In this document: piece after piece, positions 12,964 to 25,480 of the stretch | Position numbering within the stretch: position 1 is the first letter of the stretch | Layout of the letters: every line of letters begins with the position of its first letter | Assembly: GCF_044704955.1 (NCBI RefSeq) | Contig: NC_091994.1 | Span: 47,554,001-47,618,000 of the forward strand | Reading direction: 5' to 3' | Length of the DNA: 64,000 nt | Origin: Pristiophorus japonicus | Taxonomy: Eukaryota | The notes under the pieces: model-generated | Told to the model about the DNA's origin: nothing | What the model saw: only the letters and a program-made list of their open reading frames with translations | Databases searched by the model: none | Translations under genes and position numbers: made by a program

Positions 12964-13286
12964 CTCAGCAACTCCCTGAACCTTCACTAAAAGTGCTCGG
13001 GCCTTCGGCCGAGGAGATGAGCGCTAAAGGAGCAGGCACGTTAGTTTGCCTGGTCAGCAAACTGTCCATGGGCTTCGCTGCGGTCAGCTGGACAGTCGAT
13101 GGGAGTCCGACGAGCAGTGAGGTCCAAACCAGCGCGGTGTCGCGGAACACGGACAACACCTTCAGTCTCAGCAGCTACCTGATGGTCCCCGGCACAGACT
13201 GGAGCAGTGGGAAGGTGTACTCCTGTACAGTTCAACAAGGGACAGCTTCGAAAACATCCGCTACAGTCGCACAATCCGACTGTTAA
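12964..13286 (+). CDS. IgL cluster 1 C exon
   Basis: ttgcag acceptor in phase with J; AQQLPEPSLKVLGPSAEE...TLVCLV...SW...YSC...QSDC-stop with the C-terminal Cys. Confidence 0.96.
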
Positions 13287-13693
13287 ATAGATCGAAGCTT
13301 CACTCGCGTATGCTGCCTGATTATTGGGGCAGTGTCACTTGCCCCATTATCCACCATGTATCCCTCAGCAACCCCATCTTCTTTCCCCTACCCCATTCTC
13401 CACCCTCTCCCCTTGGTCTCTGCTGCATTTTGTGCTTCTGTTTTGCATTGTGTGGTTCTGCTGTAACATTTGAAGTGTTTGTACCCGAGGCAGCTTTGTT
13501 CAGCTTCTCCTATTAAGAGGCTGCACAAGGGTTACAGTGACCAGGTACTGGTCTAGAATCAGAAAGTTCATTTGAAATTGATAGTTTGTTCAACAACACC
13601 TGAAGGATTTAATGAAAATGATTAATGAAGATTGTTTGTGATCTGCCAACAGCATCAGGCTGACAATGATGGTCTATGACTGATCTAACTTCC

Positions 13694-13699
13694 AATAAA
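13694..13699 (+). terminator. Likely polyadenylation signal of cluster 1
   Basis: First AATAAA after the C stop; conserved at 59621-59626. Confidence 0.65.
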
Positions 13700-13854
13700 G
13701 AGAATCTGTGCAGGAAATATTTGCGTGCTTTGTCACCTTGTGTGCCCTCCCCAGTCCTGACACCACCAAGTGGGCTAGATGTGAAGGGACCCAAAACTTT
13801 GCTCCAATTCTGATTCTGTCGCCATGAAACCAAGAATGTTGAGGGAATCCATGG

Positions 13855-14700
13855 AATTGTAGAAATATTTTGCACTGAAGGAGGCCATTCGGCCCATCGT
13901 GTTTGTGCCGGCTGTAAAACAGCTATCCAGCCTAATCCCACTTTCCAGCTCTTGGTTCATAGCTTGGCAGGTTACGGCATTTTAAGTGCATATTTTAAAT
14001 GATTGTTTCTACCTCTACCATCCTTTCAGGCATTGAATTCCAGACCCCTAGCACACTCTGGGTGAAAACATTTCTCAACACCCCCGCTAATCTTTGTAAA
14101 TCCATGCCCCTGCTGATTGACCCCTCTGCTAAGGGATTGATCAAGGGGTTTCAAAATCTTATACACCCAAGTTAAATCTCCACTCAGGTGTTCCAAAGAA
14201 AACAACCCCAGCCTCTCCAATCTTTCCTCGTAGTTAATATCCTTGTAAATCTCCACTGTACCTTCTCTCGTGCAATCACATCCTTTCTGTAATATGGTGA
14301 TCAGAACTGTATGCAGTACTCCAGCTGTAGCATAACTAGTGTTTTAGATAGTACAAGAATAACACCCCCTTCTCTTCTATCAATCTGCGGCTAATAAAGT
14401 AAAGTATCCCCTTTGTCCTTAACCGCATTATCTTTTTGTTCTGTTACATTCTGTGGACATGCACTGCAAGATCCCTCTGTTCCTCTACAACTCCTAGTAT
14501 CCTACCATTTATTGTACATTCTGTGCCTGGTTATCCTTCCCCAAATGCATTACCTCACATTTCTCATGATTAAAGTTCATTTGTCACTTTGCTTTCCACC
14601 TGGCCAGTCCATTGATATTTTGCTGCAGTCTACAACTTTCTTCCTCACTATCAACTGCAAGGCCAATTTTCGTATCCTCAGCAAACCTCTTAATCATGCC
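13855..14700 (-). mobile_element. Old CR1-like LINE 3' fragment
   Basis: YEERLERLGLFSLE motif and a CR1-type 3' hairpin region. Confidence 0.7.
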
Positions 14701-16199
14701 ACCTGCAAAAAAAGTCTAAATTAATTCCACGGACTGATTAGTCAGAGGAAATTGCAGCAGATCTGACCACCATCTTTCAAAGATCCTTGGATATGGAAGT
14801 TGGGTCAGATCTGTGGAGGGATGCCACTGTAACACATTGTTTTTAAGGAATGAACTAGCTAACAGTAAACCAGTCAGATTAACAGCAGCAATGGTATTCT
14901 AGAGGCCACAATAGAGGATCAATTAATACTCACCTGGAGACATGGGCTCTAAGAAGAGCAAGCAAGGTTTCACATGTGGCATTTAATAGAACTCCCTTTT
15001 GAGAGGCTATTGATGAATGAAATGCAGCAGATGTTGTATATATGTATAATAACTTGAGTTTTGTTACTGTAAACGGCCTTGGGTGTAAACCTGATCCAAC
15101 TTTATTCACGCTCAAAGTACCCATGTGACATAGTACCCACTTTTATAGACCAGTGACCGTGCGCAAGCCTGTACAGCCCGATGACCTGTGACAGTGGTGC
15201 CCGCTGGTGTCTGGTGACCCCAAGCATCAATACATAATGTTCTCTTTCAAGACCTTAATATCAGTCTCTTTACAAATTAAGATGGTCTGGGATTTTCCTC
15301 TCATGAGTTGATCGTCTCAGTTCAACTTTAGTTCTAGGCGAGCATTCTGAGTCAGTTGTGACTGAAGGCTGAGTAACCGATCTGATGGGAGTGGTAATGA
15401 CCACATCAGAGGCTGAAGGTCCAGGTTCAGTAATGACAGCAAAGTCCTTTGATGAATGAACATTGGTTGGTTGGTTGGTCACTGCCTGCATATTCCTCAA
15501 ATGGTTCCAGTTCATCTGTGTGCCATGGTCTTACCTGATCAACATGTTTCCTGCATGTTTGCCCATTCTCAATCATAGCTGTAGATGTACTGGATGACAT
15601 AATACTATACTCTATCCATTTTGAATATGCATCCAACACAACAAAAAACATTTTGCCCATGAAAGGGCCCACAAAATCGATGTGGATCCTCGACCATGGT
15701 TTAGATGGCCACGACCAAAGACTCAGCGGGCTTCCGCTGGTACTTTTCGTAGCTGCATGCAAGTATTGCACTGATTCACACATTCCAGATCAGAGTCAAT
15801 TCCAGGCCACCATACATAAGACCGAGCAATGGCTTTCATCAGGACAATACCGGGATGAGTGCTATGTACTTCACGTACAAATTTTTCTCTACTTTTCTTA
15901 GGCATAATGACTTGATTACCCAACAGTAAACAATCTGACTGACTGGACAGCTCATCTTTGTGATGGTTGTAAGGTTTGGTTTCATCACACATCTCCATAG
16001 GTATTGCAGACCAATGACTACTGAGGACACAACGTTTCACAACCGATAAAATAGGGTCATGGCTGGTCCAGCTCCTAACTTGTTGAGCAGTGACAGGAGT
16101 TCCTTCACTCTCAAAAGCATCCATTAATAACAGTAGATCTGCAGGTTGAGGCGTCTCCATATCAGGTGTGGGCAAAGGCAGACGACTCAGTGCACCGAC

Positions 16200-17371
16200 T
16201 GCAGGGGAGGACGAAAACCCACTCATTTTACCCAGAAGGAAAAGGGCTGTGGGATCGGTCTGTGCTGTGAATTGAAACCAAGACGGTTTGACCTTGGCAG
16301 AGCAGTGATTGGACGGGGGAGGACACCGGACGGCCAATGGTGGGACAGAGTCAGCCCGAAGCATGCGGCTTTCAAGCCAATGGGAGAGCACTTGAAAACT
16401 GTGGGACTCACAGCCATTATCGGGCTATTGTCTTCCCCATGTTTACATTATGGAAGGAAATTATGCAGTCCTTCAGAAAACTAGGGAACCCAAAACAAAC
16501 CAAAGGCCTACACAATGGCTACAGGAGGCCAACCCAATTAACACCTACTCAAACCTTGAGTAGGTTAACATCAGTGGAAAAAAACCCGCAATAATCTAAA
16601 ACGGCTGCATTTTCAAAATCACAAAGCCCACCAATGGGAAGAATCGATTTCAGCAGGAGAGGCGGACTGGATAATCTGGCTATAAAAAGTGGTTTCTGAC
16701 GTAGTGTGGGTGGTTCCCTGCTCTCGTGATCCAACAACCAGCAAGCCTCTCGACACTGAAGGAAAACCAGTGTCCGAAGACACCGAAGATAGAAGAAACA
16801 AACCACCAGACTTGCAGAAGGCACAGTAGTGAATATAACCTCTGGTCCCTGGAACTCCCAACTCAGTTAGGCCAGGAAAGGTGGGAGGTTGGGCAGTGTA
16901 CTGCTAAACTTGTGTAAAGATTTTCATTGTGTCTGTTTAGTGGGATTTAGGGGGATTGTTTTGTTGGTGTATTGCTGTTTGTTGAGATACACCTTGTCAA
17001 ATAAATTGGAAGCCTAAGTTCCTCTTGGAATCACCTTGTCTCAGTTCTATTGTATTACATCTCCTGATCGTGAGTCTTATGTCAGAACAGTGTAAGGGAA
17101 GCTAGAAGCGCCTCGAAAATGCTCAACTGTGTGTCACAGGCTAGGGAAGAAGGGGTTAGGAGTGTTTGACACTCACAGGTGCCTCACAGGCTAGGCATAA
17201 GCTGTGGGGATGCACGAGTCTCAAAACCCCCTTCATAAGCTGTGGACACAGTATCTCCAGGGGTGCTCTTGCAGCACTCAGGGTACCTCACAGGCCAAGC
17301 ATAAGCTGTGAGGGCAGAAGCCCAGAGAGAGACACCCAAGGCACAACAACACTCCCTGAGAACCCCTTACA
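16200..17371 (+). repeat. ERV 5' LTR
   Basis: TG...CA ends (tgcagggg...ccccttaca), TATAAAA at 16681, AATAAA at 17000; near-identical to 25481-26741 and 62114-63413. Confidence 0.9.
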
Positions 17372-17450
17372 GAACATGGTGATCGCCGCAGGACATAAGC
17401 AAACAGGAGATGTTAATATAACAGATGAGGTAATAAGAGAGGAAACTAAA

Positions 17451-19256
17451 ATGGAGGAGAGAATTTCCTCATACATTTTTGGCAAGGTGAACCTCACCAA
17501 ACCTTGGGTGCAAGCCCTCACACGGGCAGAGCGCCCAGTGGATGCTGCTGCTCAGTGGACAGCAGGGAAGGACCACAACCACAAGGTGGAAAAGGCCATC
17601 TGGCTTATCTGCTTCACCCGCCAAGTCCGAAAGCTCGACCAGCGGGTGAAGGACTTGGAACAGAGTCTTCAGAAATCAGAGGAGCTCTCTGCTATCCGGG
17701 CTGCGGTTGGGGACAACCTGCTGGCCGAATTAGCTGTGGAGCAGCAAGGGAAGAGGCAGTTGGAGGAGACCTTCCGAAATAGCCGGGACTATCTTCAGTG
17801 TCAGGTCACTGAGGCCAAGGGTAGTGAGGGGTCCCTCCGGGAACAGAACTCTCGGTACACCCAGAAAATTTGGGAATGAGAGAATAAATTAAAAGGAGTA
17901 CAGGCAGCCTATAAAGTGGCCAGTAGCAGTGAGTTTGCAGATCACGGTCCCTGCCAGGAGAGGATTAAAACTCTCACCCATGCTCTATCCCAGGCAAAGG
18001 GGATGGATGCCCTGATAGGACCCGGAGGGTCCACAGGGGACAAAGGAGAGTATTGGGGGGTAGAGGAGAATCCAAAGGCAAGAGACGCCCGACCACCTCC
18101 TGAGGCACCGGTGGTTTGTCCGGTGGGGTACCAGGAGGAGCGGGGCTCGCAGATAGTAGCATACCCAGGGCTGGGGGCAGGACCAATGTGTCCCGCTCGG
18201 CAGCAAGGATGTGAGGCTCCCGCCGAGGGTCAGTTAAGGGCTGGATCAGGCGACCACGCACTGTCTGCTGCAACGGGTATGGTGGGACAGCCGGAGGTAG
18301 AGGGGCCAGCGCAGAAAGATCCTGAACCAGGGTGGATGTGCCCGGTCAGGCAGCGCAAGTACTGTCCTCCACAGGGAGGTGGCCAAGGTCAGGGAGCGCT
18401 GGAGAGCGACTTTATTATTCCCCATGGAGTTCAATCACTCAGGCCCATTTGGCCAAACTCACTCGCAGCGGGGACCCGTCTATCCACTTCATGGAGGTGA
18501 TGCAGGCAGGGGAAATTAATGGGTGCGACGAGGAAGAGGCAGCCAAGCTGCTGCTCTTCTCTCTGGACACCAAATTGTACCAGGCCCTACCAGCAGAATG
18601 CCGGAGGGGGCAGCGTACATTTACTGAGGTCCAGAGGGCCGTCCTTGAGGCTATGGGCTTCAATGACCCAGTCCTTTCGAACGGGTCGAAAGGACAAGGC
18701 AGCTCGCAGGGGAAACCCCGCAGGCGTTTGCGGACAGGCTGTGGGTGGTATACGACTCAGCCTGTGGGGAGCTCCTCGACCGGGCGAATCTTTCCGCGGT
18801 ACAGACTGGCCGCTGGCTGAGGATGCTCAAGGCCAGGGCAGAACTGTGGTTCGATTCCCGGGACCCAACCTCACCGAGGAAGCACTGGTCAGGCAACTGG
18901 CACTGGTCCAACAGAATGGAGGAGGGGAGGAGAAGAAAACCTCCAAAGGTCGGGTAAATGAAGTAAAACCCAACTCGATTCCCCAAAAGGGAATGGCACC
19001 AGGAGGGTGGCCGCTTGATTGATAAGGAGGGAGTGTGCTATGGGTGTGGGAAAGCTGGGCATTTTAAAAGGGATTGCAGGAGCCCAGTAAAGAGATATGG
19101 GGGGAGAAGTCCTTTAGGAGCCGCCCAGAGTGGGGGAAGTGGAGCGAGCTCCTCACGATCCTTGACGAGATAGTAGCTGCAGTGAGGACAGCGCTAGAGG
19201 GGACTGGGAAGGTAGCCACGGCAACAGGCAGGGAAGCACCAGCAACCCTGCCGTGA
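17451..19256 (+). pseudogene. gag: Gag-like polyprotein (N-terminal coiled coil, C-terminal CCHC knuckle CYGCGKAGHFKRDC at 19036-19077); stop at 17877 and frameshifts
   Basis: Joined ORF fragments 17166, 17916, 18332, 18745, 18519 and 19074. Confidence 0.85.
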
Positions 19257-22200
19257 CTAGCCCAGACCCAGCCTGTATACCTGTGCCCACTAGAATACGA
19301 CCCCTGGGGACGACACTGGGTCAAGATGGAGGTTGAGGGTATATTGGGTACTTACGTTTTGGACACTGGTGCTTCCAGCACGATAGTCCATTCGGAGGAC
19401 CCCGCAACCTCACCTCTATCAAACGGGGTGCCGTATCAACTAGTTGGGTTGACAGGAAATAAGAAGGCTGGGTTTTTCTCAGTCCCGCTCGCAGTTCGTT
19501 TAGGAGCATTCCAAACACAATGGAAGTGCGTCCTGATGAACTGGGAGCAGGTGGGAAAAGGGATCTTGGGGGCTGATTTCATCATTGCTCGCCAGATCCT
19601 AGTAGACTTGAGGAATCACTGTCTATGGGGCATAGTGGGCACGGGAGCAGAGGGAGAAGTCATGTTTATTGATAAGAAACAGGGAAAAGGGACTCTGTGT
19701 ACAATGAAGCCAAAAGGTGGCTACGACCTGGAGGTTCTGGTTGGTAACACGCCGGCCGAGTCTATGCCGTGCCGTGCCGTGCAGCATTTGCCACCCATAA
19801 ACACGATTGTGGGAGAGTCACAGGAGTGGAGGTTAGAATAGATGGGGATCCCATGTCCCGCCCGCAAAAGCAGTATGGCTTTCCCCGAGAGGCAGAAGCA
19901 GACTTGGAGACAGCTTTAAGCTCACTTGTCGAGCAGGGTGTTTTGAGACCCATAGCCACCCATGTCAACTCCCCGCTTTGGCCGGTTAGGAAACCGGACA
20001 ATTCTTGGAGGGCTACGGTGGATTATAGGTTGCTCAATAAAAACATCCCAGCTTGTGCTCCCACAGTAGCGGCGGTTGCGGATCTGATAGGGGAAATCCC
20101 TGCATCCGCAACCACGCTCACAGTGTTGGACATATCCAACGGGTTCTGGTCTATCCCTGTATGGAGGGAAGACCAGTACAAGTTTGCCTTCACCTTCCGG
20201 GAACAGCAGTATACATGGAGCTGCCTCCCACAGGGCTTTCATAATAGTCCCAGCATCTTTCACCAATGCATGGTGAACTGCTTAAAAGGCTTCAGCCAAC
20301 CACACCAGCTGGTCCAGTATGTGGACGACCTGTTGTTGTTCACAGACAGCAGTGAGGAACACGGTCCACTGCTGGCCGAACTGCTGGTCTTACTGAAGGA
20401 AGGGGGTTTTAAAGTTAACCCCAAGAAAGCCCAGATAGGTCTAGGAGAGGTAAAATTACTGGGCCTGACGATAAGGGAAGGAGAAAGGGCCATTGATGAG
20501 GCTAGAAGAAAGGCAGTGCAGGAACTCCCTGTTCCGAGGGATGTGTTGGGAGTAAGGTCTTTCCTGGGAATCACTAGCTACTGTAGGGACTTCATCGAGG
20601 ACTATGCAGCCACTGCCGCCCCTCTGCTCAGACTCCTACATAAGGGGGTCGAGTGGGAATGGGACGAGGGCTGTGAGGCAGCATTTGTCCGTCTTAAGAG
20701 AGACCTGCAGGTAGCACCAGCCCTCGGGGCAATTGATGGGGGGGAGGAATTCTTCCTGGAGGTGGCAGCCAGTGGCGACAGCTTAAGTGCAGTGTTGCTC
20801 CAGGAGCGAAACGGTCAGCTGAGACCAGTGGTGTACTCCTCCAGGGTCCTCACGGAGGTAGAAAAGGGATATTCCAATTGTGAGAGGCACTTGCTTGCCA
20901 CCCACTGGGCAGTAGAGAGAGCTCAGATCTTTACCGGAATATCCCCCATTACACTCCTCACCCATCATACCCCGACGCAGATGCTGTTGGACGGGAGGAT
21001 TAAGGACGGGACAGTGAGCAGTGCTAGAATCACTCGCTGGACCCTCCTCCTCTCTCAAATGACTTTAAAGGTCAAGGGCCTCTGCGAGCCCAGGCTCGCA
21101 GCAAATTTAATCTATCCAGGGCAGCCGCATTGATGCTCTGTGGAGGGGGTATGGGACATCAACTTTAGATTTCGTGCAGGGATACACCCCACAGGCCGCG
21201 AGATCTACGTTGATGGCTCCAGTTCAGTGTCCGCGGGTACAAGACTCATGGGCTGCGGAGTTTGGGATCCCAAGGCAGGGATTGCCTTGGCTCTTAAACT
21301 CCCATGCACCCTGAGCGCCCAGCAGGCGGAACTCTCGGCGGTGATGTATGTGGTCACACACCCCGAGGAATTCCCTACCCCATACACGATTTGCTCGGAC
21401 AGCATGTTCACTTGCAATTCGTGTACAGCATATCTGGCGATTTGGTCATGCCGGGGGTACACCTGTGCGGATGGGAAGCCCCTTGTGACCAAACCCCTGC
21501 TAGAAAAGATTGTGGCTGCAGTGGGAGAAACCGGGGATGTATATATCCATAAGGTAAAGGCCCACTCCAAAACTGAGCCACGGGGGGAAGGTAACCAGCA
21601 GGCAGACCTGCTGGCAAGTGAAGGTGCTCGTTCAGGTCGCCCATGGGACCCATACAAGGCAGGCAGGATAGCAGCAGCAAGAAGCAAGCCAGGGACACAA
21701 GGGAGCGTAGGGGCGGCTGCGGCCTCGGACCTTAAAGTAGTCCAGATGCAGGATCCGGTCCTGAAGGCTGCCTTGGCTGCTATCAAAAAGAGGGAAAAGG
21801 CGGAGGGCCCATACAGTGCTGCAGATATTGCTGTGCGGGAAGGCATGTTGTTTAAAGGGGACAAATGGGTAGTGCCGCCACAACATCGGAGGGAATTCCT
21901 TCAGCTGGCCCATGAGGGTCCAGGTGCTGGAAATCTGGGCCGGAATCTACCTGGCAACAGATAGAAAAGGCAGGGTGGTGGCCAGGCCTCCGGGAAGATG
22001 TCCGCAACTTCTGTGCGGGCTGTCTGGTTTGCGCTGCAAACAACCCAGACCCTCAGAAAAGGAAGGTGTCTATGGGACACGTCAGGCGGGTAGAGGGACC
22101 GTGGCAGTCGATCCAGATCGACTACATCGGACCCCTACCGGCCGCCCAGGGAGGTTATAAATACTGCCTCGTCCTGGTGGGTTTTCCAAGTGGGTGGAAG

Positions 22201-23015
22201 CCTTCCCTTGCTGAACAGCTACCGCGGTGGGGACTGCAAAAATCCTGGTGAGGGAGGTGTTCTCTCGGTGGGGTCTACCTCAAATCGTGGAGTCCGACCG
22301 GGGAAGCCAATTCACCGGCCAGGTGATGCAGGTCACCCTAAAGGTACTGGGGATAGGAACCAAATGGTATGTTGCCTACAATCCTCAGTCCTCAGGCCCC
22401 GTAGAACGCCTGAACCGGACCCTAAAGGAAAGGCTGCGCAAGGAGACGGGAGACTCAACGAACAAGTGGGTGGAGGTCTTACCGTTGGTCCTCATGGGAA
22501 TCCGGGCCAGTCAGTCAAAGAGCACAGGGTACTCACCCCATGAGCTGAGGACGGGCCGGATCATGAGAACCCCAGTGCATGTATTGGCGCCGGTTCTCAC
22601 CGAAGGGCAGCTTCGAGAGGTGAACCGGGACCGCTTCGTCAGGAATCTGTTTGAACAGCTTCAACAGATTCACTGGCAGGCGGCCAACAACATGGGTAAA
22701 CAGCACCGTGCCAATCGGCTGCTGCTGGAACCCCGCAGTCACCATGATTGGGAGGTGGGCGACCAGGTGATGGTGAGAAGCTTCGCCCGGGTCGGGGTAT
22801 TTGAACCACTGTATATGGGACCATACAGCATAGTCGACAAGGCTAGCCCTATGGTCTATGCGGTTCAATTGCCTCGCCGGGTGAAGTGGTATCACATTCA
22901 TCAGTGTAAATTGTTTGTCCCCAAAAGAGATAAAAAACAGAGGGGACGAGCAAGGGAAGGGAATCAGGCACTGGGGGAAGAACAGGCCCCGGTGGATTTG
23001 GAGGCTCCGCAGTAG
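19257..23015 (+). pseudogene. pol: Pro-Pol: protease (LDTGA), RT (YVDDLL), tether, RNase H (YVDGS/SAQQAEL/SDS/KVKAH/GNQQAD), integrase (IDYIGPLP, SDRGSQF, PQSSGPVER)
   Basis: ORFs 19326, 19769, 21140, 22066 and 22227, linked by frameshifts and a stop at 21131. Confidence 0.95.
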
Positions 23016-23704
23016 GCAGCGGGCCCCGAAGCTCTACAGCCGGGGCTGGTTCATTGCTCCAGTAAGGCTATCCCACCATTGGGTAGAGGTTCCCAGCCCA
23101 CTAACAGAAGTAGGGAGAAAGGCTCTACCATTAGCAAGGTCCAAGGGGAAGCTGAACCTCCCATGGTGGATCAGCTGGGGCTAGCCCAAGAGGTGGAGGA
23201 GATAGCATTGCAGCCCATAATGTGGGACTCTGCACTGACAGTAAGGAGGAGTAACAGAGTGCCACAGCCCAGGGCGCCGTGGTCCCCTGTTTACTTAGCT
23301 CCCCGCCCCAGACCGAGAAGGCGAAAGACAACAGGGAGGGTGCTCTGTTGCGCTAGCAAGGGTCTCCCACCGATTATCCGGGGCTCGGGAGGGCCTTGGA
23401 GGGCAGCACCAGATCCATTAAGGGGGACTAAACGAGCCCCTCAGCGGAGGGCATCCTCGTCCCCAGGGTACGGTCAGCCGAGTGGTCAACGACCCCTGTA
23501 CAGTGACAGGATGTAGCCTGGCCACCCGGGGACCGGTGGCGGTGTATATATTTTCCCTTTCTGTTTTGTTACTTTGTGTTGTGTGCAGATGTGTTTAGGT
23601 AAGGCAGTGACGGTTGGGTACAGCATTTTATGTTCGGAACATGTTACGCGGGCCGAGCCTGGAGAGGTCTCTCAAGGCAAGGCCATGTTCTTCTGGCCTT
23701 TCGG

Positions 23705-25101
23705 ATGTCAACACCTCCCGACTGGACGTTAGTGATGCTGTTATCGCTAAGGATCTGCACCGGGCACCGAGGGGACACCGAGGACTCCCTGGTTTTCGGA
23801 TGCTCTGGGGGCAAAGCGCCGACAGTGACCACAGGAGAAGGGACTCCGGGGGCAGATGGCCGGGTCACCTACTCCCACGAGGGGAGATGGCCTGGGTGGT
23901 TGGAATCGAATTCCACCAAGTACTCCAACCATAAGGACTTTACCTACGGAGAGGCCTCCATCCCCTTCCCGGAGGTCACTGTGGCCACTTCCAGAGTGAG
24001 AGTGACAGAAGGCAGGAAGGTATGCCTAACTTGCCAAGGGGACATACCTCTGGGACGGTGGTGGTGGCTCAGGAAGCTCAAGAGGGACGTGGGAGACCGA
24101 TACTCGGACTGGGAACGTCTGGATAATGATACCTACCGAACCATCATGGGGTCATCTGGCGGGGTCACGGTGTGCTGGGAGAAATGGTGGGCGTATGACC
24201 AAGGAATTTATTTGTGTATGTGGGGATCCACTCGCGTGTGTTCAGAGGGGGTCTCCATTGCTTTCTATAGGTGTTGGTCAGGATACCCGTGATGGGGGCG
24301 TCCCCACGACCAGCACCTCTGTACCGAGTGGAGAATGTGGGAGTCATTCGTGGAGGGGTGCATGTTCGATTCCAAGAGGTCCCACCTTATGTCACAATGT
24401 GGGAGCACACTGTGACAGGTACAGACCTCTCGGGATGTCGGAGCAGGGGAGCACAGGTAATCCTGTGCCCCCAACACTTGAACGCTTTTGCAAGGCCACA
24501 ATGCAGAGCCTATCAATTGCACAGTGGAGGTAATGGCCCCTAACAACATGCCTCCACAGGAGCATATGTAGGCGGTGGGACATATTGTGTCACCACAAGT
24601 GCCCAACGGTATGAACACGGACCGGGAAGGTGGTGTCCAATACCGTACAGCAGCTTTTGCTTTAAACCCAGGGCAGAGGTTCAAGTGGCACACACTAGAA
24701 TCACACCCATCCCTGAACCTTCCACGATTCACCTCACGGTACAAAACAACCTCAGCTACCTACAGCAATATGTCGCCCATTTTGGCTATCCCATTGCCCC
24801 ACAACCTGAGAAACTTACAGCCCTCCTCCAGGCAGTGGATTTGTCTCAAAAACATTTTTACACCATGAAGCAGAAAACTGAAATTCTAGCAGGGGAGATT
24901 GTCCAGATTAAACCCCCAGCATGGTGGGATTTGGGGATACGGGCAGACATAGCTGCGTGGATCCGGGTGGGATCGCATGCCTTAGTATTCGGCCAACTCC
25001 TGATTGTAGCATATCTGCTAGTTACAAGCTGTAAGCTCAGGAGAAAAAGAAAAAGAAAGCAGTTCCTCAGGCTACTAAACAGACAGGAGAGCCATTGCTA
25101 A
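23705..25101 (+). pseudogene. env: Env-like glycoprotein: signal peptide, Ig-like domain, Cys-rich ectodomain, TM and basic tail; frameshifted
   Basis: WTLVMLLSLRIC; VTEGRKVCLTC...W...DQGIYLC; DLSGC...ILCP; HALVFGQLLIVAYLLV followed by RRKRKRK; lies between IN and the 3' LTR. Confidence 0.8.
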
Positions 25102-25480
25102 ACACTCAAGGCGTGTAAACAAAGCTTGACCGCGACACTTAGACGGTTTTTGTTATTCCCAGGGATGACTGCGTTTTCATACATGGCCCCTGGAGAGTTT
25201 GCAGGGCAGGTTTCTTTGTTTTACGGTTAAGACTGAAATGAGACTCAATGTACAATTACTGCTGTAACCTTAAGTACATATATGTATATTGCTGTCGATA
25301 ATTGTAACCTGTTGGAATCTGTGTTTTGCACCACGTTAAAAGGAATTACGATATATATCGACGGGATCAGTTTAGAGTTAAACTGGGGAAAGTTAGGCAA
25401 TTTGGGAGACCTAGGGTTTTCTCAACACCCTGAACTTTGACACACTTGAGTGGTGTCTGACTGTGTCAGATGGGGGATTA

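Larger units (their letters stand above)
1..17958 (+). repeat. Segmental duplication, copy 1 (IgL cluster unit); matches about 45052-64000
   Basis: Collinear near-identity of the CR1 3' end, Harbinger remnant, L-V-J, intronic LINEs, C exon, Gypsy and ERV 5' part; offsets 45.5-46.2 kb. Confidence 0.97.

Noticed and set aside
23970-24226. Env Ig-like domain captured from the adjacent IgL V exon
   Set aside because: No visible nucleotide or motif similarity beyond generic Ig-fold residues
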